Shown here piece after piece: positions 10,110-23,210 of a stretch of 64,000 bases of DNA. Under the pieces are notes generated by a model. The model saw only the letters and a list, made by a program, of their open reading frames with translations. It made no database searches and was not told the origin of the DNA. The stretch lies in assembly GCA_030390025.1 (NCBI GenBank), contig CM059431.1:136836001-136900000 (forward strand). The letters are read 5' to 3'. Every line of letters starts with the position of its first letter. Positions within the stretch are counted from its first letter, which is position 1. The stretch is from Squalus acanthias (Eukaryota). The position numbers were made by a program, and so were the translations under genes.

Positions 10110-11843
10110 CTTACATGGTATTACTTGGACATTCTGTAAGCGGGTCACGATCGGGAGTTAAATATTCCAGATTATAAATTCTGTAGAAAGGATGGGGAAA
10201 CTGTCACAGGAGGAGGGGTAGCCTTAATGGTTAAAGGTATATTACAGCATTAGTGAGAGAGGATAAAGGGAAAGTCATAACCTAAGTTTTTGTGTTTAGA
10301 ATTGATAGTATGCGAGTACTTAAATCTTTAATGGGAGTTGCCTACAATCTTCCGGCTAGCTACAAAGAATTGACAGAATTGATTCATTCCGAGATTAGAG
10401 AGGATTGTAGCAAAATCAGGGTTGTTTTAAATGGAGACTTTAATTGCCATATGGAATGGTAAGAGCAGACTAGCTCCAGTCGGAAAGGTGGTGCTTTCAA
10501 GGTAGTTTCTGGAGCAGTATCTTCTGGAACCAACAAGGAGAATAATAGAGTTAGGAATGAGTAATGGCCCAGTCTTCGTTAATTAAGTAATAGTAAGGCA
10601 ACTGCTATTTAACTGTGATCATAGTATGATAGAATGAAATGTAAGTTTTGAAAAGTAGAAACACAACACATTTACTAAGGTTCTAGATTTTGGCAAGGCT
10701 AACTTTAACGGGAAGAGACAGAGACTGACGACAGCAAGCTGGTCAAAATCGTTATCGGATAAGACTGCAGCTGAACAGTGGGAGGGGCTGAAAACTAGTT
10801 TGGCTTCATACAGGATCAGTATATACCGATAAAGGGCAAAATCTGTCATTACCAATTCAAACAGCCATGGTTGACATAGATTTGAGAGGTGGCATAAAAC
10901 TACAGGAAATAGCAGACAAAAGTGCAAAGAATATTTTAGATCCAGTGGACTGGAATAAACAGAAAGAACAACAATGGAAGCCAGAAAATGATAGTAAAAG
11001 CTGCAAAAAGGAACACGAAAAGAAACTTGCTAGGGTTATCAACATAAAAAAAATCATTTTTACAATTACATGAGCAGAAAAAAATATAGTCAAGGGTAAT
11101 GAGCTCAATTTAGAAACAGATGTGGCTAATATTGAAAATGCAAATAAGAAAATGTCAGACTTGTTGAATAATTAATGTGTGTCAGTCTTCACAGTAGGGG
11201 AAGGGGATAATATGCCTTAACATCCCAGGGAAACTAGTAATGAATCAAGGACCGGAACGCACTAAAGTTAACGTAAACAAGTAAACATTAACAGTAAAAA
11301 TAATGGCAGAAAAGACTGAGAAATCCTTAGGAGCTGATGGTTTCCACCCCACAGCTTTAAAGAAAGTAGATGAGTAAATTGCAGTTGCTTTAGCTAGAAT
11401 CTTCCAAAGCAATTTCGATTCAGGAATTATCCCTTTAGATTGGAAAGTTACAAATGTAACTCTACCATTTAAGAGAGGTGTGTGAGAGAAACCAGGAAAT
11501 TATAGACCCTTTAGTCTAATATCTATTGTAGGGAAGTTATTGGAATCTATAATTAAGGACAGAGTGACTTAGCACTTAGACAATATTGAGCTGGTTAGAG
11601 AGAGCCAACGTGGTTTTGTAAATGGTAGGTCACGTCTAATGAAGCTATTTGATTTTGCTGAAGTGGTAACTAAAGTGTTAGAGAGGGGAATGTACATGGA
11701 TTTATCTTACGTGGAACTCCAGAAGACATTCGATAAGTTTCCACATAAGTGATTGTTCACTCAAATTAAAGTTCAGGGAATTGAAGGCAAATTATTGACA
11801 TGGTTACGATACTGCTTAGGCAGCAGAAGAGCGTAGAGATAAA
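10110..11843 (+). mobile_element. Old, heavily mutated CR1-type LINE ORF2 (endonuclease to RT N-terminal part)
   Basis: Residual GDFN (ATGGAGACTTTAAT at 10432), DWKVTNVT, KPGNYRPFSLISIVGKLLESII (11490-11553) and QRGFVNGRS motifs. Cut off at 11843 by the Harbinger left end. Confidence 0.8.
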
Positions 11844-12177
11844 GGTGGAGAAATTCGGTACTGCCCCGTTTGAGCGCTAATTTTTGAGTTCGTGAAATAT
11901 TAGCGCCAGGCGCTGATGTGTCTAAGCTTCCCCTAAGTTTGCTGCTAGTGCTCCTGGAAAGAACTGGAGCGCTAAATCAAGCGCTAATGACCTACGTAGG
12001 GCGCTACAGGGAAGCTACCAGCAAAGCGATAAAGAATTTCAGCTGCTATGCAATCGGGAATGATCCTTCACATTGGCCCCATCCATCTCTTAAGAGCAGG
12101 TTGCTTCATTGTGCAGATCCTCATTAGCAGCATTGCTGGCTGTGAAGGCGAAATGCAAACAACCGAATCCCCTGATC

Positions 12178-12423
12178 ATGATGGGTGACCCCACTCCCAG
12201 GGAGAGAGCTCCTCTTTTTTCAAACGAGGCACTGGAGGCATTGGTCGCGGGTGTGGAGCTGAGGAGGGCAGTGCTGTTCCCGGACACTGGAAGGAGGCCA
12301 TTGCCCCAGGACTTCAGGGCAATGTGCAGGGAAGTGGCCCAGGAGGTCTCGGCCAGTTGTGTGGTCCAACGCAGCCTGACACAGTGCCGAAAGTAATTCA
12401 ACGACTTCACTCGGGTGGTTAAT
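12178..12423 (+). pseudogene. Harbinger Myb/SANT-like DNA-binding protein, exon 1
   Basis: MMGDPTPRERAPLFSNEALEALVAGVELRRAVLFP...EVAQEVSASCVVQRSLTQCRK*FNDFTRVVN, followed by a GTGAGT donor at 12424. Trihelix Myb/SANT (NAIF1/MSANTD-like) pattern with one premature stop. Confidence 0.8.
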
Positions 12424-12459
12424 GTGAGTACTTGCTTCAACAGGTCCTACGTAACAGCA

Positions 12460-15400
12460 TGCGAATGGAGCTGCGAATGGATACATACTGGAGCATTCGC
12501 GATGCTGAGCACATCGTGTATAAAACGTTCAGGAAGTTGGTCACACTGCAGGTAAAGGCTGCACAAGCAGGAAGGGAATGGGTGACCACCAGGCAGAAAA
12601 GTAGGTCAAGGCAGGTAGTGCAGGGTTCCCCTGTGGCCATCTCCTTTTCAAACACATATACCATTTTGGATATTGTTGAGGGGGCTGGCAGCAGTAGCCA
12701 ACTTCCTGGCACCATGGGTGGTCCTTCTGCACAGGACGGGCGGAAGCAAAGCGGGAGAGCTATAGTGAAAGTGGATTCCATTCTAAGTGGAATAGATAGG
12801 CGTTTCTGCGGCCGCAAACGAGACTCCGGGATGGAATGTTGCCTCCCTGGTGCAAGGGTCAAGGATGACTCGGAGCGGCTGCAGGGCATTCTATAGGGGG
12901 AAGGTGAACAGCCAGTTGTCGTGGTGCATATAGGTATCAACGATATAGCTAAAATACGGGATGAGGTCCTAAAAGCTGAATCTAGGGAGTTAGGAGGTAA
13001 ATAAAAAAAATAGGACATCAAAGGTAGTAATGTCAGGATTGCTACCAGTGCCACGTGCACCAGAGGAGAAATAGAAGGATATTTCAGATGAATAAGTGGC
13101 TAGAGAAATGGTGAAAGGGGGAGGAATTCAAATACCTGCGACATTGGAACTGGTTCTGGGGGTGGTGGGACAAGTACAAACTAGACGGTTTTCACCTGGG
13201 CGGGACCGGAACCGATGTCCTAGGGAGAGTGTTTTCTAGTGCTGTTGGTGAGGGTTTAAACTAAAATGGAAGGGGTTGGAAACCTGTGCAGGGAGACAGA
13301 GGAAAGGGAAGCAAGAATAGAAAAAAAAGACAGGAAGGAGAAAAGCAAAAGTCGAAGGTAGAGTAATCAACGGTGGAAATCAAACAGGGCCACAGTAAAT
13401 AAAAGATCTCAAAAAGGACTAGGAGTATTAAAAAATCAAGCCTGAAGGCTTTGTGTCTTAATGCAAGGAACATTCTTAATAAGGTGGATGAATTAGCTGC
13501 GGAAATAGATGTAAACGGATATGATATAATTGGGATTACGGAGACATGGCTCCAGGATGATCAAGTCTGGGTATTCAACATCCAGGGGTATTCAATATTC
13601 AGGAAAGACAGGAAAAAAGGAAAAGAAGGTGAGGTAACATTGCTGGTTAAAGAGCAGATTAACAAAATTGTAAGGAAGGATATTAGCTCTGATTATGTGG
13701 AATCTGTATGGGCAGACCTGAGAAATACGAAGGGGCAGAAAACGTTAGTGGGACTTGTATACAGACCACCAAACAGTACAGCTGATGTTGGGGATGGCAT
13801 TAAACGGGAAATTAGAGACGTGTGCATTAAGGGCACAGCAGTTATCATGGGTGACTTTAATCTACATATAGATTGGGCTAAACAAATTAGTAACACGATT
13901 GTGGTGGAGGAATTCCTAGAGTGTATACGGGATTGTTTCCTGGACCTATATGTCGAGGAACCAACTAGAGATCAGGCCATCTTAGACTGGGTATTATGTA
14001 ATGAGAAAGGATTAATTAGCAATCTTGTTGTGCGAGGCACCTTGGGGAGGAGCAATCATAATATGATAGAATTCTTCATTAAAATGGAGAGTGAAGTAGT
14101 TGACTCAGAAACTGGGGTCCTGAATTTAAATAACGGAAACTACGATGGTATGAGGCACGCGTTGGCTATGATGGATTGGGAAACGTTACTTAAAGGGTTG
14201 ACGGTGGATAGGCAATGGCAAACATTTAAAGATCGCTTGGATGAACTACAGAATCTGTTCAGCCCTGTTTGGCATAAAAATAAAACAAAAAAGGTGACTC
14301 AACCATGGCTAACAAGGGAAATTAGGGATAGCATATGATCCAAGGCGAGTACATATAATCTGGCCAGAAAAAGCAGTGAACCTGAGGATTGGGAGCAGTT
14401 TAGGATTCAGCAAAGGAGGACAAAGGGATTAATTAAGAGGGGGAAAATAGATTTTGAGAGTAAGCTTCCAGGGAACATAAAAACTGACTGTAAAAGCTTC
14501 TAAAAGCTTCTAGATATGTGAAGAGAAAATGATTGGTGATGTCAAGCGTAGGTCCCTTGCAGTCAGAATAAGGGGATTTTATAATGGAAAAAAAAATGGC
14601 AGAACAATTAAATACATACTTTGGTTCTGTCTTCACAAATGAGAACACATATAACCTTCCCAGCGATGTCGGAGAACATAGGATCTAATGAGAGGGAGGA
14701 ATTGAATGAAATCTGTATTTGTAGGGAAATGGAGTTAGGGAAATTGACGGGATTGATGGCCGATAAATCCCCAGCGCCTGCTAATCTACATTCTAGGGTA
14801 TTTAAGGAAGTGGCCCTAGAAATAGTAGATGCATTGCTGGTCATCTTCCAAAATTCTATAGACTCTGGCACAGTTCCCATGGATTGGAGGATAGCTAATG
14901 TAACCGCACGATTTAAAAAAGGTGGTAGAGAGAAAACGGGGAATTATACACCGGTAAGTCTGACATCGGTAGTGCGGAAAATGTTAGAGTCAATTATAAA
15001 AGATGTAATAGCTGAGCACTTGGAAAACAGTGACAGGATCGGACAAAGTCGACATGGATTTACAAAAGGTAAATCATGATTGACTAATTTACTGGAATTT
15101 TTTGAGGATGTAACTGTTAGAATAGATAAGGGAGAACTAGTGGATGTGGTGTATTTGGACATTCAGAAGGCTTTCGATTAGGTCCCGCAGAAGAGATAAG
15201 CGTGCAAAGATAAAGCACTCGGGATTGGGGTTAAGTTACTGTCTTGGATAGAGAACCGTTTGGCAGACAGGAAGCAAAGAGTTGGAATAAGCGGGTCTTT
15301 TTCCGAGTGGCAGGAAGTGACTAGTGGGGTACTACAGGGATCGGTGCTCGGACCCCAGCTATTCATAATATATATAAATGTTCTAGACGAGGGAACTAGT

Positions 15401-17117
15401 TTGGCCCAAAAATTCGGCCCTTCCCGGGTGAGTACGCACTCTGTACTCACCCGTATTCAAACCCGAAGTGCCGGTTTCCTGCATGCACTGCGCAAGCGCG
15501 GGAAACAGGCACTTCCGGTATGGCCGAGGGGGCGGTTCCTAGGTGAACCGCGTGCGCACAACAGGCTGTGCGCAAGCAGCACACTTAGGTTTTTGTTCAG
15601 GTTTCAACGCGAGGGTAAGTATGGAAGATTATACACATGTAAAAAGGAGGTCTAAGTCCCATTTTGAACAAGGTAAATAGTTAATTAAGTATAATTTTTA
15701 ATTTTTTCAAAAGGTTTTTCTTTTTTAGAGATTTAAAGAAAGGTAAGTTTATATTTATAACTTTTTAAAAATATTTTAATTTTTTCAAAAATTAAAATTT
15801 TTGTTTAAAGTTGTTAATTTATTTAACTATAGTTATTTTATTAATGTGATGTTTTTTTAAAATTTATTTCAGGTTTAACTGTTCTTTTGGGGTCTCTTTC
15901 AATTCACAGATTTGACAATTCTCCTGTCAAATCTATGAATGAAAGATAGTCCTTTGCCATTGGCTCTCCATAGCCCACGTGATCCCAGAGGTCGCATCGC
16001 ACTAACTGCGCCCCTGGGACATGCACACACTGCGCGCTGGCACTAGGGAGAGGCCCAGGTCCCGAAGTTCCTGTGGGCCCAAAACACAACGGCCGGCGCG
16101 GAGTGTGATATCGCGCACGATCCTTACCCCCGCGGCAAGCCTCCGAGTCAAATTTCTGGGCCAACATCTCCAAGTTTGCAGACGACACAAAGCTGGGTGG
16201 GCGTGTGTGCTGTGAGGAGGATGCAGAGAAACTCCAGTATGATTTGGACAGGTTGGGTTATTGTGCAGATGCATGGCAAATGAAGTATAATGTGGATAAA
16301 TGCGAGGATTGTCACTTCGGTGGCAAAAACAGGGCGACAGATTATTATCTGAACGGCAAAAGATTGGGAAAAGGGGAAGTGCAACTAGAACTGGGTGTGC
16401 TTGTGCACCAGTCGCTGAAGGAAAGCATGCATTTGCAGCAGGCGGTTAAGAAGGGAAATGGTATGTTGACCTTCATAGCGAGAGGATTCGAGTACAGGAG
16501 CAAGGATGACTTGCTGCAGTTGTACAGGGCCTTGGTGAGACCACACCTTGAGGATTGTGAGCAGTTTTGGTCACCTTATCTGAGGAAGGATGTTCTTTCC
16601 ATGGAGAGAGTGCAGCGAAGATTCACCAAACTGATACATGGGATTGCAGGAATGTAGTATGAGGAGAGATTGGGTCGATTAGGCTTATATTCGCTAGAGT
16701 TTAGAAGAGTGAGAGGGGATCTCATTGAAACTTATAAAATTCTAACAGGACTAGACAGACTAGATGCAGGAAGGATGTTCCCGATGGCAGGGCAGTCCAG
16801 AACCAAGGGTCACAGTCTAATGATAAAGGGTAAGCCATTTAGGACTGAGATGAGGAGGAATTTCTTCACCCAGAGAGTGGTGAACCTGTGGAGTTCTCTA
16901 ACACACAATGCAGTTGAGGCCAATTCATTAAATATATTCAAGAAGGAGTTAGATATATTTCTTAAGTCTCAAGGGATCAAGGGATATGGGTAGAAAGCAG
17001 GGACAGGGTACTGAATTTGGATGATCAGCTATGATCTCATTAAATTGCAGAACAGGCTCGAGGGGCCGAATGGCCTACTCCTGCTCCTACCTTATATGTC
17101 TATGTCTATATCTATGT
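12460..17117 (+). mobile_element. CR1/HER1-type LINE, 5'-truncated in ORF1; ORF2 with APE endonuclease and RT, multiple stops, split by a MITE
   Basis: ORF1 (CCLPGARVKD esterase region), EN (IIGITETWL, YRPP, MGDFN, SNHN), RT (NYTPVSLTSVV, QGSVLGPQLF, KFADDTK at 16172), C-terminal MRRNFFTQRVVNLW, 3' UTR and TATGTC-type tail ending at ~17117. Confidence 0.95.
15403..16162. mobile_element. ~760-bp MITE / non-autonomous DNA transposon inserted in the CR1 RT
   Basis: Terminal inverted repeats GGCCCAAAAATT / AATTTCTGGGCC, GC-rich ends and an AT-rich core (15660-15880). The flanks rejoin as CR1 ...LDEGT | NISKFADDTK. Confidence 0.85.
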
Positions 17118-17304
17118 CAACCTCAGACTGCACACACTGCACAAACCATCACACCCCACCACTCACCCACCAAGCATCTGCACCTACTCAATCTCAAATC
17201 CACATTTCACACCATGCCTGCATTCACAGCTATTCAACTTCGGCAGGCATAGCTCTCAAACACATAGCCGGACTCTGACTCACACACATTCGCTTTTCTT
17301 GCAG

Positions 17305-17466
17305 GTCAAGATGGCTCACAATAGGAGAGAGCAGCAGAAAACAGGCGGGGGTGATGCACATCTCCAGCAGCTTTCAGACCAGTAGGCTCGAGTGCTGCGA
17401 CTCATTCGGCAGCAGGTGGTGGTCAGCGTGGCCGTCGGTAAATTCGACCCCTTTGGGTCAACAACG
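17305..17466 (+). pseudogene. Harbinger Myb/SANT-like protein, exon 2
   Basis: Acceptor TTTTCTTGCAG, then VKMAHNRREQQKTGGGDAHLQQLSDQ*ARVLRLI in phase 0 with exon 1, then a GTATGT donor at 17467. The KTGGG motif is typical of Harbinger Myb proteins. Confidence 0.8.
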
Positions 17467-18329
17467 GTATGTTCATCCTCTCGCCTTCTCTTATCCCACT
17501 TGCCTCTCACATTACAAGCGTTTCCCAATTTCCAGCTCCTGATACTGTCTGCATTCCTCGCTCCCTTCCTGCACTCCTGCCCTCACCTTAACGTGAGTCA
17601 TGTGCCTTTATGTTGTAATACAGACAATGGTTTGTGGCATCTCATGCAGTCTCATCTTGATGCCACGGCAGCTCTGACTGCTGCCATCGTCGCTGGGTCC
17701 ACCACAGTATACCGGGGATCTCACCTGTGTCGCAGCAGGCCATCAATCTTTGCTCCAGCAGATTGGTAGGGATGCTGAGGTCCTGCCCAGCGGGAGTGGG
17801 AGTGGGTCAGTTGAGCAGCAACCTGCTGTCCTCTCTCAGGATGACAGGATTCCTGGTCCCAACACTGCCATTCCGCTATTACACTTGGCGCTGCCTGTCA
17901 GCCAGCTAAGCCAGACTGCCGCCGTCCATCCTTAGTTGGCGCAGTGTAAAGCCGGGCCTTCCAGGACCAGACCAGGTCGAGGGCATCCTGCAAGGACATC
18001 TGCAGTCCCTGGCACCGACACTCAGCAACCTTCCACCAGCCCTGCTGCAGCCACTGGAGAGACACTACGCAGGAGCAGTAGATTGGGGAAACGCACTGTA
18101 AAGAGGGGAATTAAGGGATTACACAAGGTTGATTAGTTAATATTGTTCTTGTATATGTGTGTTTAGAAAATTTGGATAAATTTATTATTGGAATGTAGCA
18201 GATTTGTGGCTGTTTCTCATTTCCGCTTTGGGTTGTGGTTTGAATGAGAAATTGCTGGAATAATGGGGACTGGCTGAGCAACCGGGTAGTGGCCTCGAAT
18301 TCATGAGAACCGAAGTCTGAAGAGGCGGT

Positions 18330-18574
18330 CTGTTACATATGTCTCCTGTTGCACACTGGAAGGATCCACTGGCGCAGAAATTAAGGGCGACAGTGACCTT
18401 GACAGCCACTGCGAGAGCTGTGGTGGTCCTGATCTCAGGCTCGTGGTCTGGCTGCAGGAGGTGGCAGAGCACTGTGACCATGTCCTTGGTGAAGCGGAGC
18501 TTTCTAAGACACTATTCCTCAGTGAAACTGATGTAGGAGAAATACTGCCAGAATACCCTGCGAGGGTAAGGCCT
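18330..18574 (-). pseudogene. HARBI1-type Harbinger transposase N-terminal fragment (DDE core deleted)
   Basis: Minus strand reads RPYPRRVFWQYFSYISFTEE*CLRKLRFTKDMVTVLCHLLQPD...ALAVAVKVTVALNFCASGSFQCATGDIC. Confidence 0.8.
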
Positions 18575-19561
18575 GCTGCTGAAAGCCCTGTTGGCACACT
18601 TCAATCTGGCTACATTTTGCAATCTTTCTCTCTGTTTCTGCTACCTCCGACGTTGACGCTGGAGAGAAAGGTCCAGTGCCAGTACAGCCTGCACTAAATT
18701 ATGGAAATGTTGCACTTCAAAATCACACCTGAATGAAAGTGAAATTTTTTTTTTCTGAGGCAGATGATTCCTTCAAGTGAAAAATGCTTGAATGCTCCAA
18801 ACGCCTGATTGCCTATTTCAAACTGGCAAGGCAGCACTGGCGCTAGTGAGAACGTTTTAAAAGTTTATTAAAATATAAAACATATTTAATTTACCAAGAC
18901 GTTGACTAGTGTACACCAACATAACTATTGAATGTTTCAGTGTCGTTTTCAAAGTCCATTTCAGTGATTTTAAAACATCTTACTCAGAGGTGGAGGACGG
19001 GACAACTAAATAAAATACGTATTTTAACTCATTTCAGCTGTCGGAATATCAATGCACCAGTTTTCCACTGTTAAATACATCAAGCACTATTTTTTATTTG
19101 AAAGAAAAGTAAAGAAACGTTAAAGCTCTATACACTGCCGGATTGCTGTCAGGATTATGTTGACCACTTGATCTGGAGGCGTTGGGGAAATAGTAGTGTG
19201 TCCTGGGCAGGGTGAGGACTATTATTGAAAGGGGATCTGCCTTCACCCATCATGCAGGAATAGGATCAGCGTCAGTACTGGAAATTCGACTTTCCATTTG
19301 TAAATAATGTTTGAATTGTGAGTGTTTTTAAATTTTCCACTAACTATTTTAACTATTTCTCTAAATTCGATGTATCAGACAATAGAACAGCTTGCCTGAG
19401 TCTATTTGTTAAATGACTGTAACTAATGCTAATTATGATTTAACCTGATTGACTCCCTGGAGTATTGATGTGTGGATAAATATAGGTTCCCTTCCATTGC
19501 CTCAGCCGTACGCCAGTCAGAGTTTTTCAGCTGCTACAGAATTCATCCATTCTCACTGAAA

Positions 19562-20996
19562 ATGGGGCGACCAACTATTCTGCTGGTAAAAGAGATTTAC
19601 TACCCAGTTCTCGCAGCCGTCGGTGTCCCCGGTGAGCCATTGTAAACTGTTTGCTATTAATCGGTGTTCAATATTTCCTTGTTCTTATTTCCAGTTGGAT
19701 AAGATAACGATGTTCCTCGATGCCATCATTACATCGTTGGTAGTTACCGGAAAACTCGTTAAATGCGAGTCTGCACTTTCAAAGTTCCCCTTAATCTGGT
19801 AACCTCACTGATGTTACAATGTTCTTTGGAGCTCCAACGCTAGGATTTTAGCAGATTTCCGGACCATCTTGTCACCCCGTGCAGACTGAGCGCTGCAGCA
19901 GCTCATGAAAATGTGCGGGTGGGTTTCCCAGGTAATGGCTCCAATACTAATCCTGCTCTCACACTGCTCCCGGTCGACAATCGCACTGAGTGTAGTAAAA
20001 TGCTCTCAACAGGAATCTCCATATATATTTCAATCAGACAATTGAACATTATTTCTCTCCTCTCTCTTTCTTACAGCGAACTTGGCGACAATGGTGATAC
20101 TCTCCCGAGGAAACTGCGGCCTTTTCAAGTGTATCTCTGTCTACATGGTGGCCATGGCAACAGCAGATCTACTGGTCATGTTCTTTAATGTAATGGTGTA
20201 TTATATATTCAGTTATCACTATCCACTTTCCTTCCTGTCCCACAATCCCGTGTGTAAGTTCATTCTATATATCACTGCTGTCACCCTCGATTTGTCTGTT
20301 TGTTTCACCGTCTCCTTCACATTTGATCGATGTGTTGTTATCTGCTGCCACAAGTTTGAAACAAAATATTGCACCGAAAGAACTGCGGTCGCAGTTATAA
20401 CAACGTTATCTGTTGTGATCTTCTTAAAGGACATACCGTTAATATTTGCATTTGAACCTCAGCAAATAATTAACACGGTGCAGTGGGGCTGCCGGTCAAG
20501 TGTAGCCTTCTTTACCTCACCTCCAGGTGCAGCGTACTTCTGGTTTCACACAGTCTGGCTAGTTTGGCTTCCTTTTACTTTAATCGCTTTGTGTAATTCT
20601 TTGACAATCAGACGTATTTTAGTGGCCAGCAGAGCCCGCAGGGGGCTTCGGGGCCATAGCAGTGAGAATCAGAGCGATCCAGAGATGGAGAATAGAAGGA
20701 AATCCATCATTTTACTCTTCACTATATCGGGCAGTTTTATACTCCTGTGGCTGACAAATGTCGTGAGTTTTGTAACTACTGGACTGACAAACCCCAATTA
20801 TTACCGAGGTGACCGCACAGACCCTGGATATATCGCCAGTGAAACCGGAGCTATGCTGAAGTTTTTGAGTTCCTGTCCGAACACCTGTATTTATGCAGCG
20901 ACCCAGAGGAAATTCAGAGAAGAGCTGAAGAAGGTGCTGAATTCTCCCTGGACACTGATTCTAAGATTGGTTAAACATAAAAGAAATACGAACTAG
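19562..20996 (+). CDS. Two-exon class A GPCR, GPR139/GPR142-like (join 19562..19631, 20077..20996; 329 aa)
   Basis: Exon 1 MGRPTILLVKEIYYPVLAAVGVP with G|GTGAG donor; polypyrimidine-TTACAG acceptor; phase-1 junction giving ANLATMVILSRGNCGL. Seven hydrophobic segments with ATADLLV (TM2), FDRC (DRY-like) and NTCIY (NPxxY-like). 990 nt with no internal stop. Confidence 0.9.
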
Positions 20997-23210
20997 AGCT
21001 CGCTTTGGAACATTAGAATACACTGTAAGCTTCTATTCTAGCTTAGACTAGGGTTCTCAATCCTTACAGCTTCACCAAGATGGTTCTTATAAAACGCACC
21101 GGTACGTGACTATATGTGTGCCCCTGTGTCATTTCACTCGACATTGACCGTAGGTTTCCACAGTTCGGTGGCTGATGTTTCCTGACAAAAAGGGACATGC
21201 CCCCTTAAGTTTGAAACGTGTCAGTGATGAATGAAGTGTAATAATTGAATAGAATATTTGATCCGCGGGTTTAATATCTGACAGAGCGAGGACTGTAACT
21301 TAATTCTACCGTGGAATTGAAAAAAATATCCGCCAGATTTGGGATAAGATTCGATGGTTTAGAACTCCCGGTGACCTTACTTTTTCTCGCAGGTTTGCTG
21401 AAACTGTTGCTTGGACTGATTGCAGCGGCACCGACCGCCTCATGCCGTCTCCTGGGAATAAGGAGCGGCGCCGCTGTCTCCTTCACAGTGTCGCGATGTT
21501 TCACCACTTTATGAATGTTAACTGGCGTTGCTTCGTTTTTCCTGCTTTTTTCTGACGTCTCTATTACTGAAAAATAGTCGAAGGCAGCCCAGCAACTTTA
21601 AAATAAAGTTGTTATTTATTTTTACTGAATTTGTCACAGGGAACCTGACTGCAGTTATTCTGAATTAGTGACCTGGATCAAGCTGTGTAAGAATTCATAA
21701 TAACCTAAATAATAGGGGGAGTTAATTCAACGATCTGCACAATGTCATAGCCAGGTATTGAGATGGAACAATCCTCTGCCTGTGTTTGCACACAGACAAT
21801 AATATATAATACCCCCTGCCTTTTACCAACTGGTGTTGACCGGGTATCCCCAGTGTAAGGCGGTGTATTGGGAGCTCCGACCGGCCCCACTGCGGACCTG
21901 GGTTTGAGAGCGTTGCTCGGTGCAAAGACATCAGATGAAAACTTGAGCTAATTAACTGACAGTTGTCCGCCCTCCTGTTGTGCCTCAGCTGATGTTTTTT
22001 AATTTTAAGCTTCGGTGTTTGAGTTAGTGATTGGAAGATGTGGAGGAGAGGCTGTCCATGGGATAGATCAAATCCAGCGTTCACACTGCAGGATGTGTAA
22101 GATCAGCAGATGAGATGTCTCGGACTGCTTCCGATCTTCTCTTCTCCAATATACCCGTTTACACATAGAATACAACCAGCGCAGTGTCCGCCCGATCTTT
22201 ACACGCCTTCTGTGATTGATGGGCACCGCATATATTGGTTAATCTGTTGTTTGAAATTTCCATTAAAATTCATTGGCTTGAATATGATTTATTTTTCACA
22301 GCCGTTGTTTTGCGCCCAGTGCGGGAATTTTCCCACCAGAACACAAGGGGAGGGGCGGTGGTTAGAGGTTAGAGAGCTCTTACGTTGCCTATCTATAATG
22401 GGCTAGGCTCCACAAGTAAAACAGTAATTTTGCTTGGGGTTTGCTAAAGTGTTCCTAATTGATACACGAGTCGGTCTTGCATGGCATATCTAATCTTACG
22501 GTGTCCTGGTCAGTATTTATTCCTGAGCAAACAGAATTTCAACAGAACATTGAAGGTACAATTGGACACGGAAAGTGTCGCAAACCAGACGAATCACATT
22601 TGCCGACCATTATACGACAGGCCCGATATTCATTTCTAGTGATGTCAATGTAAGTCAATATCGGGCCCAGCCTATAACTGGCGATCGATGCGATACCAGT
22701 CGTTTCGTGTCCCCCGCCCATGCCCAATTTTGTCCCATCTGGTCATTTATCGTATTGCTGTTTGTGGGCCCATGCTGTGCACAAATTCACCTCCGCATTT
22801 CCTGACATTACTGCAATGACTACACTTTAAAATTACTTTGTTACCTGTCAGGCGTGACAGGACGTCCGAAAGCCTTGAAAGGCTCGATAGATTTGCAAGG
22901 GGTAGAAACTCGTCTTGAGCAGTAAGGCAGAATCACTTCGCTTCCTGTTAAAGGCATCGCCCAATATTCAGTTATACAGCAGCGTATAACGGACGAGCGA
23001 TGCGACGCTGCCGGTTTGGCTTCTCCTCTCATGTCTAATTTCACGCTAAGCTGTTTATTTCCAGCCAAACCTTCAGGACTAGTTGTAAGGAACATTTCAG
23101 CGATCCCAATTTAAGCTGATTTAAACACAAGTTGTAAAGTTAGTTGGCGATCCATTTCGGTTTAGTGGAATCTGAATATTCTGAAAATAAGATCATCTTG
23201 AATTACAGCC

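Larger units (their letters stand above)
11844..18850. mobile_element. Harbinger/PIF DNA transposon, internally deleted and interrupted by CR1 (right boundary approximate)
   Basis: Left end GGTGGAGAAATTCGG with repeated AGCGC(T/C) subterminal motifs. Spliced Myb/SANT gene on + and HARBI1-type transposase on -, in the convergent two-gene Harbinger layout. Right TIR not found. Confidence 0.75.

Noticed and set aside
12437..16384. Minus-strand ORFs over the CR1 (e.g. 12437-13060, 14608-14880, 15178-15450)
   Set aside because: These are antisense shadows of LINE ORF1/ORF2 or the MITE.
12178..18574. Domesticated host NAIF1/HARBI1 gene pair
   Set aside because: Both genes have premature stops, the transposase DDE core is missing and a TIR-like end is present, so this is a dead transposon.
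20082..20996. Single-exon GPCR starting at 20082 as in the ORF track
   Set aside because: That start is a TTG within TM1. A canonical upstream exon (19562-19631) splices in frame and supplies the ATG and the first half of TM1.
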